The position numbers and the translations under genes are program-made. A stretch of 64,000 nt of DNA from an uncultured Hormoscilla sp. (GTDB lineage: Bacteria; Cyanobacteriota; Cyanobacteriia; Cyanobacteriales; Desertifilaceae), in contig OZ001293.3 in assembly GCA_963921275.4 (NCBI GenBank), forward strand, positions 3,552,001 through 3,616,000, in the 5' to 3' direction. The notes beneath the pieces are model-generated. The model did not search any database. It was not told the DNA's origin and worked only from the letters and a program-made list of their open reading frames with translations. Below, piece after piece: positions 45,797 to 56,725 of the stretch; positions within the stretch are counted from its first letter, which is position 1; every line of letters begins with the position of its first letter.

Positions 45797-46483
45797 CTCG
45801 TTTCTACTGGCGACGGGAACCCAGAACCGCGAGGCTTCGCTTCCAGTCACAAGGCAAGGGGCCCAGCGATCGTTAGTGGGAACGAGACAATAGATATGCA
45901 CCGGCGATCCTTGCTGATTTTTTCGGTAGGACCGGTAGTAACATGTTTTCTGGGGAAGAAGAACGACCTAAAATACCCTCCACATCTAATATTATTTCTG
46001 TCGCTGCCGGTGGTTTATGGTCACGGGTGATGCTACGGAACATACTCAATGTGGATCCAGTCGGATTTATGAGATGGCTTTATTGACGAAGTAAAAAGCA
46101 TCACCGATCGCCAGGAAGCAGTTGCCGGCATACAACGCCTTCAGCAAAAACGCTTTAACCAAGAATGGCACGATCGTCCAGTTCGCTGTCACCTACTCCA
46201 GCTGGTGATCGATCTATTAAAACAAGAACCGGGACAAAAAAAAAAATTAGCAAAACACAAGCGAAAATTGGCAGAATGTGATAGCATAGTACTGGCGGAT
46301 GCAGTTATAGCAGTACCCGCCGAACTGAGATATAACCGGCTTCAGGGCTCAGAGGGGGCAGGAAAGTGAGGAAAACAGCAAAGAAAATAGCAAAAAATTG
46401 GCGAGAACGGGAAAAATATGATAGCATGGTAGGCGCAGAACTAAGATTTAACCGGTTATAGGGTTTATAGGGGGAGTAACACA

Positions 46484-48355
46484 GTGACTTATGACAGTAA
46501 ACAAATAAAAGTTGTAGCAGCCATTGATTTTGGGACGTCGCGTTCGGGCTACGCCTATGCATTCAAAGATGACAAGCACATAATCGGACGCTATGAGTAG
46601 GACAAACAACCATTTCAATACATCAAAACCCTTACACAAAGCCTCTATAACAGCGATCGCCGGCTAGAAGGGTGGGGGTATGCTGCTCTATACCGGCTAG
46701 CAGAACTGCGTAAAGCTAAAAATGCTAAAGACCATAGCTTTTTCTCAACTTTTAAGATGGCACTGCGGGAAAGCAGTAAGCGCACTAATGATGGTCCCAT
46801 TGCCGTGGCCAACAACGGACAAGAGTTTCCAGTCATCGATCTAGTTGCTGATTACCTACGGGAACTAGGTGGGCTGCTGCGTACAGAACTGAAAAATGCC
46901 ACTAGCGGAAAACTAAAAGATAACAAAATTCTTTGGTGCTTAACAATTCCAGCGATCTGGAAAGACAACGAAAAGTCTTTCATGCGTAGTGCGGCTGTCA
47001 AAGCGGGACTGATTACCGATAGCGAAAGCGATCGCGAACGATTGTTGCTGGTCCTGGAGCCGGAAGCTGCTGCAATTTACTGCCAAGAAAAAGACCAAGC
47101 CCAACTTGAGGCAGGTAAACGCTTTATGGTTGTAGACTGCGGTGGAGGCACAGTTGATATTACCACCCATGAGGTTTCGCCCCATGGTGGGTTGGATGAA
47201 GTAGCCGAAGGGACTGGTGGAGCTTATGGTTCTACATATGTGGACAAAGAGTTTCGCGAATACCTTGCCAGGAAGCTGACAGCTCCAGCTTTGACACGCT
47301 ATGAAGAAGAAGACCCTATTGGTTGGTTGGAACTGATGGGAGACTGGGAACGGAAAAAGTGTGACTTCGATCCGGCAACAACTACGATAAGCTACTTGGA
47401 GATACCCAACCGCCTCTACAAAATTTTGTCAAAGGACTATCCGCAGGTTTTGGAAAAACTTGCGGAGGAACAGGATGAGGATGATAAAAAAGTTCACCTT
47501 AGCCAAGAAACCATGCAGGCAGTGTTTAAACCTGTATTGGATGGTTTGGTGAAAAAAGTTAAAGAACAATTTGCAAGTGTAGATCATCACCGCTTCTACA
47601 AAATTTTGTTAAAGGACTATCCGCAGGTTTTGGAAAAACTTGCGCTTGCGGAGGATGATGAAAAAATTCACCTTAGCCAAGAAACCATGCAGGCAATAGT
47701 TAAAAAATTTAAAGAAGATCGTCGCGGGTGCGATATTATGTATCTCGTCGGTGGATTTTCTACATCGCCTGTTTTACGTCAACGCATTCAGCAAGAATTT
47801 GGCGATCGCATCAAGATTGTGATGCCAAAACAACCCGGTGCAGCAATAGTGGAAGGGGCAGCCTCGTTTGGTCTAAATCCAGAAAGCATCCGCTCCCGCT
47901 GTTCTCGCCTTATTTATGGTTGCCAGGTTTGTCAAGTGTTTGATGAAAATCGCGATCGCCATCAGAAAAGCAAGCGTCAATATTTTGAAGAAAAAGGTGA
48001 CTGGTATATTTGCAATCGTTTTAGTCACTTTGTGCTAGCAGGTGACAGTGTTGATGTCAACGAAGTAGTCACGCACCCATTTTATCCTATGACGTCGGAT
48101 CAGAAGGCAATAGGTTTTACATTTTATGCAACGCGGAAAAAGAATCCACGCTATGTAGATGAGCCAGATGTAGAAGAGTTGGGAAAGTTAGAAGTTGATA
48201 TATCTTCAACAGTTGGTAAACAGAGAGATGAACAGCAGGTCGAAGTTTCCATGAACTTTGGCAGAACCGAAATAGCCGTTACTGCCAGAGATATGAAAAC
48301 AGGACAAACGTACAATACAAATCTGCGTTTTTCTTCCACATACTCAATCGAATAA
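46484..48355 (+). pseudogene. Atypical Hsp70 (HSPA12-like) with one premature stop
   Basis: GTG start after GGGGAG; AAIDFGTSRSGYAY; in-frame TAG 46598-46600; WCLTIPAIW, LEPEAAAIYC, VVDCGGGTVD, LVGGFS. Confidence 0.85.
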
Positions 48356-48367
48356 GGGAGCGTATAC

Positions 48368-50218
48368 ATGATGGAATCACAAAAAACACCTAACCCAGGG
48401 GAAACCCCAGAAGTAGAGCGAGACACCTCAGCAGATGCAGAAGCACAGAAAAAGCTACGGGGTGACGCAGGAACTACAGACTCATCTACAACATCTGAAC
48501 GAGCAGAAGGGAGCGAAATTTCTTCTCTTAGCTCAGAGGAAGATAATGATCCAGCAAGAGTAAAGGATCCTGTAGATCCTGCTGACAAAAAAATAGCACC
48601 GCCGCCAAGTAAAAAAAGAATTGGAATTATAGGTAGAATTATAGGTAGAATTAAAGGTATGTTCGGGATGTCTCAAGCAAACGAAAAAATCTACAACAAC
48701 CTTATAGAGGTTTATGACTGGCTAGCTAAAATACACAAGGGAAAACCCAATGTAGATTTTAAAGACAAGCAAATGGATTTTAGTTGTGTGTATATAAAGG
48801 CAGCACTGGATCTAATTGATCGATTGTCAAATGATAAAGAAGAACTCCGCGCTCAATTAGCAGAACTAGAACAAGATAATCGTGAATTGCAGTCAGAGTG
48901 CAAGTTACTAAAACAACAGAATAGAAATCTGGTAGCAGAAAGGGATGGGCTTCGCCGCACAAAACAAAGCTTTGAGGAAGAAAATAAAGAACTTCAGGCT
49001 CAATACAGACAAAAGGCTCAGGAAGTTGAAACAGTCAAAGGACAGAAGGAATCTTTGGAAGGAGAGCTTAAAGAACAAGAAGCAAGCAAGAGTAAACTGT
49101 TAGCAGAAGTGGCACGCCTGAAACGAAATACAGGTACGCATTATGACGGAACGAGCGAGCGACCACAGCACCATGTTTTGACAGGGGAATATAAAACCCT
49201 CAAAGAGCAGCATCTGGATCCTTTGGCCACCAGCTTGTTTACATTCATGGCAATGCTCGATCCAGAACTAAAGAAACAGCGCAAACAAAAAGTAAATGAC
49301 ATCAAAGCTGCTATCTCTGCTACTGTTCTGATAAAGGGTCAGGCAATTATGCGAGGAGAAAGCACTGGGTCAGTAGATATACCCTCAGAAATGCTAGAGG
49401 AAATGCAAAGCTTGTTGTGTCAGAAGCTACAATTAAATAATCAAGAGTTTCCGCCCGAAGCTATAGAATTCCTGAAAAAAGCAGTAAACCGCGCGCAGGG
49501 TAAAGTCGAGTATCCTGAACCTGGTAAATGGCAAGAAAAAGACTTCAATAAAGCCTCCGCAGAACTGAGGCCTCTCCTTTACCAAAAGCTAAAACTTGAC
49601 TTGGCAAACCTGAGTCCCGACTTACAGACCGAAACACAAAAAGCGATTCAAAATGCTTTGCACTTTCTGGAACGAGCTGCTTGTGCAGATCCAGCAGCAG
49701 ACCTAACATTCGACAAGGAAGGTGCTCCTTTCCGCATCGACTATCACGAAGCTGCAAAAGGTTGGAATGATGAAGGGACAGTCATAAAAACAATCTATCC
49801 TGTCTATCTGGTAAACGGAAAAGCAAAAGTTAAAGCAGTTGTATTAACTGAACCGTCATCTGAGGCTTCGCATCCAAGCACTATTAACAACACACCATCT
49901 TCAACAGAATCGGAATCTAGTCACCTTGCAACTACAACAAAATGGACAGAGGGCAAGGAGGATGAAGAAAGGATCCGTTTGGAGGCAAAACGAGAATCTT
50001 TAATAAAGGGCGTGAAGGCTAAATGGTTTGATTCTCAAGACTCAACATACAAAGAGTCAGAAGCTCGGCTGCTAGAGAAGTTATCTAAAATAGAACGGCG
50101 TGACGTTATTGAGGAACTGGTGGAAAGAGAAATTCATAAATCAGACAATCCGAATCAGTTCGAGGAAAAACTAGATGAGCTGCTAGCGGATTCTTCTAGT
50201 CAACAGAATAATGAGTAA
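48368..50218 (+). CDS. Coiled-coil protein with possible GrpE-like C-terminal region
   Basis: Heptad-rich segment; GAPFRIDYHEA...GTVIKTIYPVYLVNGKAKVKAVV. Confidence 0.7.
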   Translation: MMESQKTPNPGETPEVERDTSADAEAQKKLRGDAGTTDSSTTSERAEGSEISSLSSEEDNDPARVKDPVDPADKKIAPPPSKKRIGIIGRIIGRIKGMFGMSQANEKIYNNLIEVYDWLAKIHKGKPNVDFKDKQMDFSCVYIKAALDLIDRLSNDKEELRAQLAELEQDNRELQSECKLLKQQNRNLVAERDGLRRTKQSFEEENKELQAQYRQKAQEVETVKGQKESLEGELKEQEASKSKLLAEVARLKRNTGTHYDGTSERPQHHVLTGEYKTLKEQHLDPLATSLFTFMAMLDPELKKQRKQKVNDIKAAISATVLIKGQAIMRGESTGSVDIPSEMLEEMQSLLCQKLQLNNQEFPPEAIEFLKKAVNRAQGKVEYPEPGKWQEKDFNKASAELRPLLYQKLKLDLANLSPDLQTETQKAIQNALHFLERAACADPAADLTFDKEGAPFRIDYHEAAKGWNDEGTVIKTIYPVYLVNGKAKVKAVVLTEPSSEASHPSTINNTPSSTESESSHLATTTKWTEGKEDEERIRLEAKRESLIKGVKAKWFDSQDSTYKESEARLLEKLSKIERRDVIEELVEREIHKSDNPNQFEEKLDELLADSSSQQNNE

Positions 50219-50230
50219 CAGGAGGTTGTT

Positions 50231-50617
50231 ATGAGTCGGGGAAAAGAGAGATATGTGAGTGTTGAGGAACGGGAATTACGCAGATTACGCGAACAGGAAA
50301 GCCGACTGCGTTCTGTTCAACAAGATTTGCCCGATCGCCTCAATCGCGTTCGTGAGGAAGCACGGCTCCAGATGCAGCAACGCCTCGCCCCTCTAGAGAA
50401 ACGGGCAAGACAACAGGAAAAAGAGACCCAACGCCTGCGGAGTAATATTGGCGATCTCGAACGCAGTACCCAACAGCGATTGCAACAACAGCGCCAAGAA
50501 TTTCAGAAATCGGTGCGGGAATCGGAGGATCGACAACGGCAGGCACTTGCCCGTGAAAGCACTCGCCTAGAGTCAGCCATGCGGGCAGGGTTCCAGCACG
50601 AAGATGCGTTAAGCTAA
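50231..50617 (+). pseudogene. Coiled-coil protein truncated at a direct repeat
   Basis: RBS GGAGG; R/E/Q-rich; ends inside repeat starting at 50603. Confidence 0.6.
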
Positions 50618-50716
50618 GAATTGACTGGGCTGGAGGATGCCGAAGCTTAGTTAGATATGGCGATCGCGTCCCTGTAAACAGATCGATCGCTTGGTGCTAT
50701 TATAGCAGCGATCGCC
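50603..50716. repeat. Direct repeat copy 1
   Basis: GATGCGTTAAGCTAAGAATTGACT...AGCTTAGTTAGATATGGCGATCGCGTCCCTGTAAACAG...TATAGCAGCGATCGCC. Confidence 0.85.
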
Positions 50717-50791
50717 GTTCGCGCAGGCGTAGCCGTGTGGCGCAGCCATTCGTGGCTATCTGGATAACCCCAGGTTTGAGCGAATGGGCTA

Positions 50792-51662
50792 GGGCGTGTC
50801 ATCAGTTAAGCCAGACGACAGAAGCAGCCAGATAAATCGCCCCTAAAAAGTTACGGGCTGTTTTATCATAACGGGTAGCAATAGCGCGATACTGCTTGAG
50901 TTTGGCAAAAAAGTTTTCAATTAGATGGCGAGCCTTGTAGAGGTGCTTGTCATAAGGATAAGGAACTTGGCGATTCACCTTGGAGGGAATGACCGCTGTG
51001 CAACTTTGAGCTTGGAGTTTTTGACGGACCCGCTCATCAGCATCATAAGCTTTATCTGCCAGGATTGCCTCAGCTTCAAGGTTTTCAAGGAGGACATCTG
51101 CGCCATCTTGATCGTGGGCTTGTCCTCCCGTCAAAAAGAAGCCTGTGGGATTCCCCAGAGCGTCACAAGTGGCATGAATCTTTGTACTTAATCCTCCTCG
51201 ACTTCTACCAATGGCTTGAGCGTTACTCTCTCCACTCATTGTCCTCTCTGTCCTCCCCGGAATCTTTTTTTGCGCCCCAGCACTGTGTTGATGCGCTCGC
51301 ACGATTGTCGAATCAATCATCCCATACTCGTTATCTGCGTCTTGCGCCAACAGCTTGAATATCCTTTCCCACACTCCACTTTTATTCCATCGGCTAAATC
51401 TTGTATGTACTACTCGAAAATCTCCAAACCTTTCAGGTAGGTCTCTCCACGGGATTCCCGCTCTATATCGATACAACACTGCTTCAACAAACAGTCGATT
51501 ATTTTTGGCCGTTCCTCCTACATGGCCGTCTCTCCCAGGTAGCAAATCCTTGATTTTTTCCCACTGGTCATCTCTAAGTGCATATCTACGCATTTTTCTC
51601 TGTGTTTCTCTCTCTTCGGTTTATCTATTCTATCCTTTCTTTCTCTAACTGATGACACGCCC
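50792..51662 (-). mobile_element. IS5-family (IS427-like) element with intact 263-aa transposase (50802-51593)
   Basis: TIRs GGGCGTGTCATCAGTTA/TAACTGATGACACGCCC; TA duplication. Confidence 0.92.
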
Positions 51663-51755
51663 TAGTAAGGAGAGAAAAATTGACTCGAAAACCTTTAAGT
51701 TACCCGATGGGGAGTATTTGTGAAAAGGAAAACAACCAGGAGGAAATGGATAAAT

Positions 51756-51980
51756 ATGGGTGAAAATAAGATAAAAGAAATTATTTTCTTGGTGTCAGAG
51801 GATCCGGAAGACGGTTATATTGCTAAAGCGATCGGGGAATCTATTTTCACTCAAGCCGATAGCCTGCAAGAACTGCGAGAAATGATTAAAGATGCTGTTC
51901 ATTGCCATTATCCCGATGAGCAAAATCTTCCTCAACTAATTCGTCTGCATATTGTTCGTGATGAGGTGATTGCTTCATGA
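51756..51980 (+). CDS. HicB-like antitoxin
   Basis: EIIFLVSEDPEDGYIAKA..IFTQADSLQELREMIKDAV; overlaps hicA start. Confidence 0.75.
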   Translation: MGENKIKEIIFLVSEDPEDGYIAKAIGESIFTQADSLQELREMIKDAVHCHYPDEQNLPQLIRLHIVRDEVIAS

Positions 51981-52219
51981 AGTTGCCTAGAGATATATCT
52001 GGTGAAGCACTGGTTAAGGCTTTAAGTAAATTGGGATATGTTGTCGAGCGCCAAACGGCGAGCCATATGGGATTAACGACTCAGGAAAATGGCGAACATC
52101 ACATTACTATTCCTAACCATAATCCAATTAAGATTGGGACTCTTAGTGCAATTATGCGTGATGTTGAGAACCACTTTAATTTAACCCGCGATGAATGCCT
52201 CACCAAATTATTTTCTTAG
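51977..52219 (+). CDS. hicA: HicA-family toxin
   Basis: SGEALVKAL..GY..RQTASH, ITIPNH..IKIGTL..I. Confidence 0.8.
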   Translation: MKLPRDISGEALVKALSKLGYVVERQTASHMGLTTQENGEHHITIPNHNPIKIGTLSAIMRDVENHFNLTRDECLTKLFS

Positions 52220-52327
52220 GTATTACTATGTATTGAGGGTAGGCAAAGAGTTCAATTTCCGTTCGCGCAGCGTGGCGCAGCCATACATCAAGATATTCCA
52301 AGTTTACAGGTAGCTGTTGTCCGTCAA

Positions 52328-52437
52328 TATTTGTCAACAAAGGAGCTATTGACAGCAGGCACTTGCAATGGGTTAAGCTAAGAATTGACTGGGCTCTGGA
52401 TGCCGGTCACAGCTTAGTTAGAGATGGAGATCGCGTC
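52328..52437. repeat. Direct repeat copy 2
   Basis: TATTTGTCAACAAAGGAGCTATTGACAGCAGG...GTTAAGCTAAGAATTGACT...AGCTTAGTTAG. Confidence 0.85.
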
Positions 52438-52627
52438 GGTGATTTTCTCGTTCGGTGGGATCTGCCTGGGAACGAGCAGTTGAGGCTCTGCGGACGGTCA
52501 CAAGCCGATCGCCCTACCGGTGTCCAACAGTAAGCCTTTCAGGCGCGATCGGCCATTTAATTTACCTCTAGAAATTAGCGTCGCTATCATCTATGATAAG
52601 ATAGAGTGAAGTGAAACTCGAACAATT

Positions 52628-52913
52628 GTGATTCAGCTTGAAATTGCCGTGAGTAATATTCTGCAAGTTAACCCGCAAGGCGGTTTGAATATACCAGCAG
52701 CAATGCTGGGCAGCATCCCCCCTAACCGTCGCTATGTCGTGGAAGTAACCTCTGAGGCGATCGTCTTACGTCCAGAAACATCTACAGCCCTCTGGCAAAG
52801 AACCACACTCTTCTGAAAGAGTAAAACACTGGCAAGCATGGGCAGGCCAACTAAATGTTACTTCCCCAGGGCTTCCTGATGCCGCCCTCAGCCGTGACAA
52901 TATTTATGATTGA
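52628..52913 (+). pseudogene. AbrB-like antitoxin, frameshifted
   Basis: VNPQGGLNIP...YVVEV..EAIVLRP; tail LPDAALSRDNIYD in another frame. Confidence 0.6.
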
Positions 52914-53352
52914 TGACTCGTTATCTACTCGATACTAACATTCTACTCCGCGCTAGAGATCGATCTGCGTCTAACTATCAACTTGCAGTAGACGCAGTAT
53001 CCCAATTGTTGGCACAAGACATCGAATGTGTCATCACTGCCCAAGTGTTGATATAATTTTGGGTGGTTGCCACGCGCCAAATTGAAATGAATGGTTTAGG
53101 ATGGAATATACAGCAAACCAAAAATGAAATTGATGGAGTTCTCGATCAGTTTCCACTTCTAGAAGAAACGCCACAAATTTTGACGAATTGGTTACAGTTA
53201 GTTTCGTAATGGGTAAACGTACCCACGACGCACGGATCCTGGCGGTAATGCTTGTACATGGAGTTACCCATCTACTAACATTTAATCCCGATGATTTTAC
53301 TAACATATCCAGTGATATAACGATCGTGCATCCTCAAGAAATTATTCGGTGA
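52913..53352 (+). pseudogene. vapC: VapC/PIN toxin with internal stop
   Basis: YLLDTNILLR, QVLI*FWVVATR, GKRTHDARI, LLTFNPDDF. Confidence 0.8.
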
Positions 53353-53424
53353 TAGGAATTTAGGAGATCGGCGTCAACAGGTCACCTGCCCACTATCTTC
53401 GGCTAGAAAAAAGCGGAAGTCAGC

Positions 53425-53571
53425 TATTTGTCAACAAAGGAGCTATTGACAGCAGGTACTCCGATGCGTTAAGCTAAGAATTGACTCGGCTCTGGATGCC
53501 AAAGCTTAGTTGGATATGGCGATCGCGTCCCTGTAAACAGATCGGTTGGTGCTATTATAGCAGCGATCGCC
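53425..53571. repeat. Direct repeat copy 3 (longest)
   Basis: Contains the segments of both copy 1 and copy 2. Confidence 0.85.
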
Positions 53572-54056
53572 ATGATTGGCCATAGGATCGGGAAAATAGG
53601 GAGTTCGATCTAAAATGGCCATTTCGATCGGGAACACAAGATAAGAAGGGTGACCCCAGAGTTGTTCGTACCCTTTTCATTTTCCTAAAATGGCCATCTT
53701 GTTCCCCGACCCCAAGGGGGAGGGAAGATTCTCAACAGTTAAAATTAATTGATAATATTAAGGATGAAACCACAAAAATTAGTTCAACTACACCTTGACA
53801 GGGGTGGGGGCCTAAACCTAAAACTAATCAGGCGATCGCCGGTCCTTCGACAAAGAAAGAATTACAAGTTGTTTTTAGAATAACGTTATCTCTAAAGAAT
53901 AACTCATGCTACAATGAAGAAATAATGACACAGATAGAAAGGTCGATCGCCGAGTAAGAGTCAGACTTGAGATTTGCGCTAGCATAAGACTGTAGCGGTT
54001 AAAATCGTAGATATACAAACCTTAGATTCACTATTCTGTAAGAACAGAAGGTCTAA

Positions 54057-56030
54057 ATGCCAAAAGCCCCAAACATACCACCGGAACCTGAGATTACACA
54101 CGAACAAAGAGAAGCAGCAGAAGCCGAAATCAGGGAAAAGCAAAAAACAGTTGACTATGACACAAAAGAATATCCAGTGGAAGTGCTTGTCCTGAAATAC
54201 CGAGATGGGTTGGATGAAGATACCAATGAGTTGTATATACCCGACTATCAACGAGATATGAATTGGGACGAAAGTCGGCAGTCAAAGTTTATTGAATCTG
54301 TGCGATTCGTTCTAGCCTAACGTGGTCAAACACGGAACGCTAGCCCGGTTTCATTAGCCGGGAACTCTGACCGCATGGGGGTTAAATTCCCCTCCCCCCA
54401 GGTACGGGGGTGACACCGGTCCTCGGTGCTACGAAGCGACATCATCGTGGTGCTAAGCGAGGACTCAAATGTAGGATAACTGGCAGCCTAAGCCGGTGAC
54501 GCCGCTAGGAAAGATATCCAAGGTTAGAGCAGGCAAACATGTGCAAGCCTCGTTATAAGGAACCAGCGAAATAAGGCTATATGCGCTGGCCTAAAAAGGA
54601 AATGGTAGCTAGTATTAGTTTTAGACTCTGGCTAATATAGTACTCAAATAGCTCCCGGGGTATAGTGTGGACCTAAAGGTATCGCGAAATGTTGTTAGGG
54701 AACGAAGTAACCTCTCGTGTGCTGTCCATCAGGACAAGTTAGATGTTAAGCGCAAGCCACGGGGGGAGGGATGGCCCAAGAAGCGAATGCCCGGGGTAAT
54801 TCCTGGGATAACATCTACAGTAATGTAGATGATGCTGGGTAGCCAGCGCTGACGTGGGTCGGTGATACTAGGAAGCTGCTGGAATGAGTAATCCTAAAAA
54901 GCCACGGAACTAATCCGAAACGCAAGTGGAGGATAAGGTATGGATAACTGGTAAAACTGACTTGAAAATGGTGATACTAACGGTTATCAGAACAACCACT
55001 CGCTAAACCAGGAAAGGGAAGAAAAGACAGGCGGCAAGGGCTAACGGAAGTAATTCCTATTAAGTCTACCTATGAAAAGGGCCTAGTACCCAGTAGCCGG
55101 ATGCGGTGAAAATCGCAAGTCCGGTTCCTCAAGGGAGGGTCGGGAAGCGATTCCCGGCTCGACCCCATCCATTTTTCTAGGATTACCTACCCAGATTTTT
55201 GTAGCTGATTTGCGACGAAAGCCAGAAGATGATGAGGAAGATTTAGGTCGGTTAGAAATTGTTGATGGCACCCAACGTATCCGTACATTAAACAGATTTC
55301 TCAATAACGAACTACAGTTGTGTGGACTAGAAAAGCTAAAGAAGCTTAACAACTTCAAATTCAGGGATTTGCCCCTGACAAGACAAAGACGCTTTAACAG
55401 GGCCACGATTCGCATAATTGTGCTGACGAAGAAAGCTGATGAAGAAACACGACGGGATATGTTGAACGCCTCAATACAGGTAGCGTCGAACTAAATGACA
55501 TGGAGAAGCGTCGAGGTAGATCTCCGGGGCCGTTTGTCGATCTGCTTGAAGAACTCGCCAAAACTCCCAAATTTATTAAACTATGTCCTAGATCGGAGGC
55601 ACTTGTTCGCAAAGGGGAACCTGAAGAATTTGTGTTACGTTTTTTTGCCTACTTAAATAACTATCAGAATTTTGACGGGCACGTCAATAAGTTTCTCAAT
55701 GAATATCTAGAAGAACATAACCATGCTGGAATCGACCGAGATGTTATGGGCTCTGAATTTCACAAAATGTTAGACTTTGTTGACAAATACTTTCCCAATG
55801 GATTTAGTAAAACCAAAGGTCATGTCAGAACACCAAGAATACGCTTCGAGGCAATTTCTGTAGGTGTTGCACTCGCTTTGAGAGAAAAGAGCGATCTCGA
55901 ACCAAAATCAATGGCCTGGCTTGACTCACGAGAATTCAAGGAATATACTACCTCAGATGCAAGCAACTCCAGATATAAAGTAATTCGGCGTATTGAATAT
56001 GTTCGCGATGAACTTCTCGGTAAATCATGA
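54057..56030 (+). pseudogene. DUF262 (GmrSD N-terminal/ParB-like) protein interrupted by a group II intron, plus one frameshift
   Basis: IPDYQR, QSKFIES|IFLGLP, IVDGTQR; F-ERLNTG motif broken by a 1-nt deletion near 55463. Confidence 0.85.
54300..55170 (+). mobile_element. ORF-less group II intron B
   Basis: 5' GTGCG; DV TAGCCGGATGCGGTGAAAATCGCAAGTCCGGTTC 55094-55127; DVI; EBS1 AGACTC 54623-54628 vs IBS1 GAATCT; homologous to intron A. Confidence 0.93.
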
Positions 56031-56725
56031 CTAGCACGTTATTTCAGGACTTCAACGAACGCTCTAAGGAAGTGAGCAAATATTTTATGTTCTTGAAGAG
56101 TTTGGAGCAGGGGACTACTAAATTAAGTATGGAAGGTAAAGGGGGAATTACAAAAATTAAAGAAATTGATTCTGAGTTAATTAAGACATTAAAATCCAGC
56201 GGTTTTCTGTTGCTCTATAACCTAGTGGAAGCAACAATGCGAAACGCGATCGAAGCAATATTTAGCGAACTGCAAAGTCAAGGAGTTGACTACGACCAAA
56301 TTAGACCTGAACTCAAAAAAGTTATCCTCAAAAACCTCAAGAAGCGAAACTCCGAAAAAATATTTTCAAGTATAACAGCTATTGCGGTAGATATTATTAC
56401 TGCTGGATTTGAGAAAGAAGATCTTTTTTCTGGAAACGTTGATGCTAGAAAAATAAGAGAGACGGCAACTGAATATGGATTTTCACATCTGACTGATTAG
56501 GCCAAAACAGGTCATGGATTGGATTTATTGATAATCAAGTCAAATAGGAATGATTTAGCACATGGCTATAAATCTTTTGCCGAGGTAGGAAAAGAAAAAA
56601 ACGCAGATGAGTTATTAGAGATTAAGAAGAAGACAGTCAGCTATTTAAGGGAAATACTGCAAAATATTGAACAATATTTATCAAATCAAGAATACTTAGA
56701 TTCATCGACTACAGGGACTCCTTAA
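56027..56725 (+). pseudogene. MAE_28990/MAE_18760-like HEPN nuclease with in-frame stop
   Basis: FLLLYNLVEAT, FSGNVDARKI, RNDLAHG (Rx4H); TAG at 56498-56500, frame continues. Confidence 0.8.

Noticed and set aside
46598..46600. Stop-codon reassignment (TAG/TGA at Trp-like positions in several genes)
   Set aside because: glnA, apcF and recQ end normally in TAG; TGG to TAG/TGA transitions explain the cases
47411..47716. DGR template/variable repeat pair
   Set aside because: Differences include indels and non-adenine changes; both copies lie in one ORF
50603..53571. Canonical integron attC sites
   Set aside because: GTTRRRY matches exist, but there is no proper RYYYAAC or L-box pairing and no intI in the window
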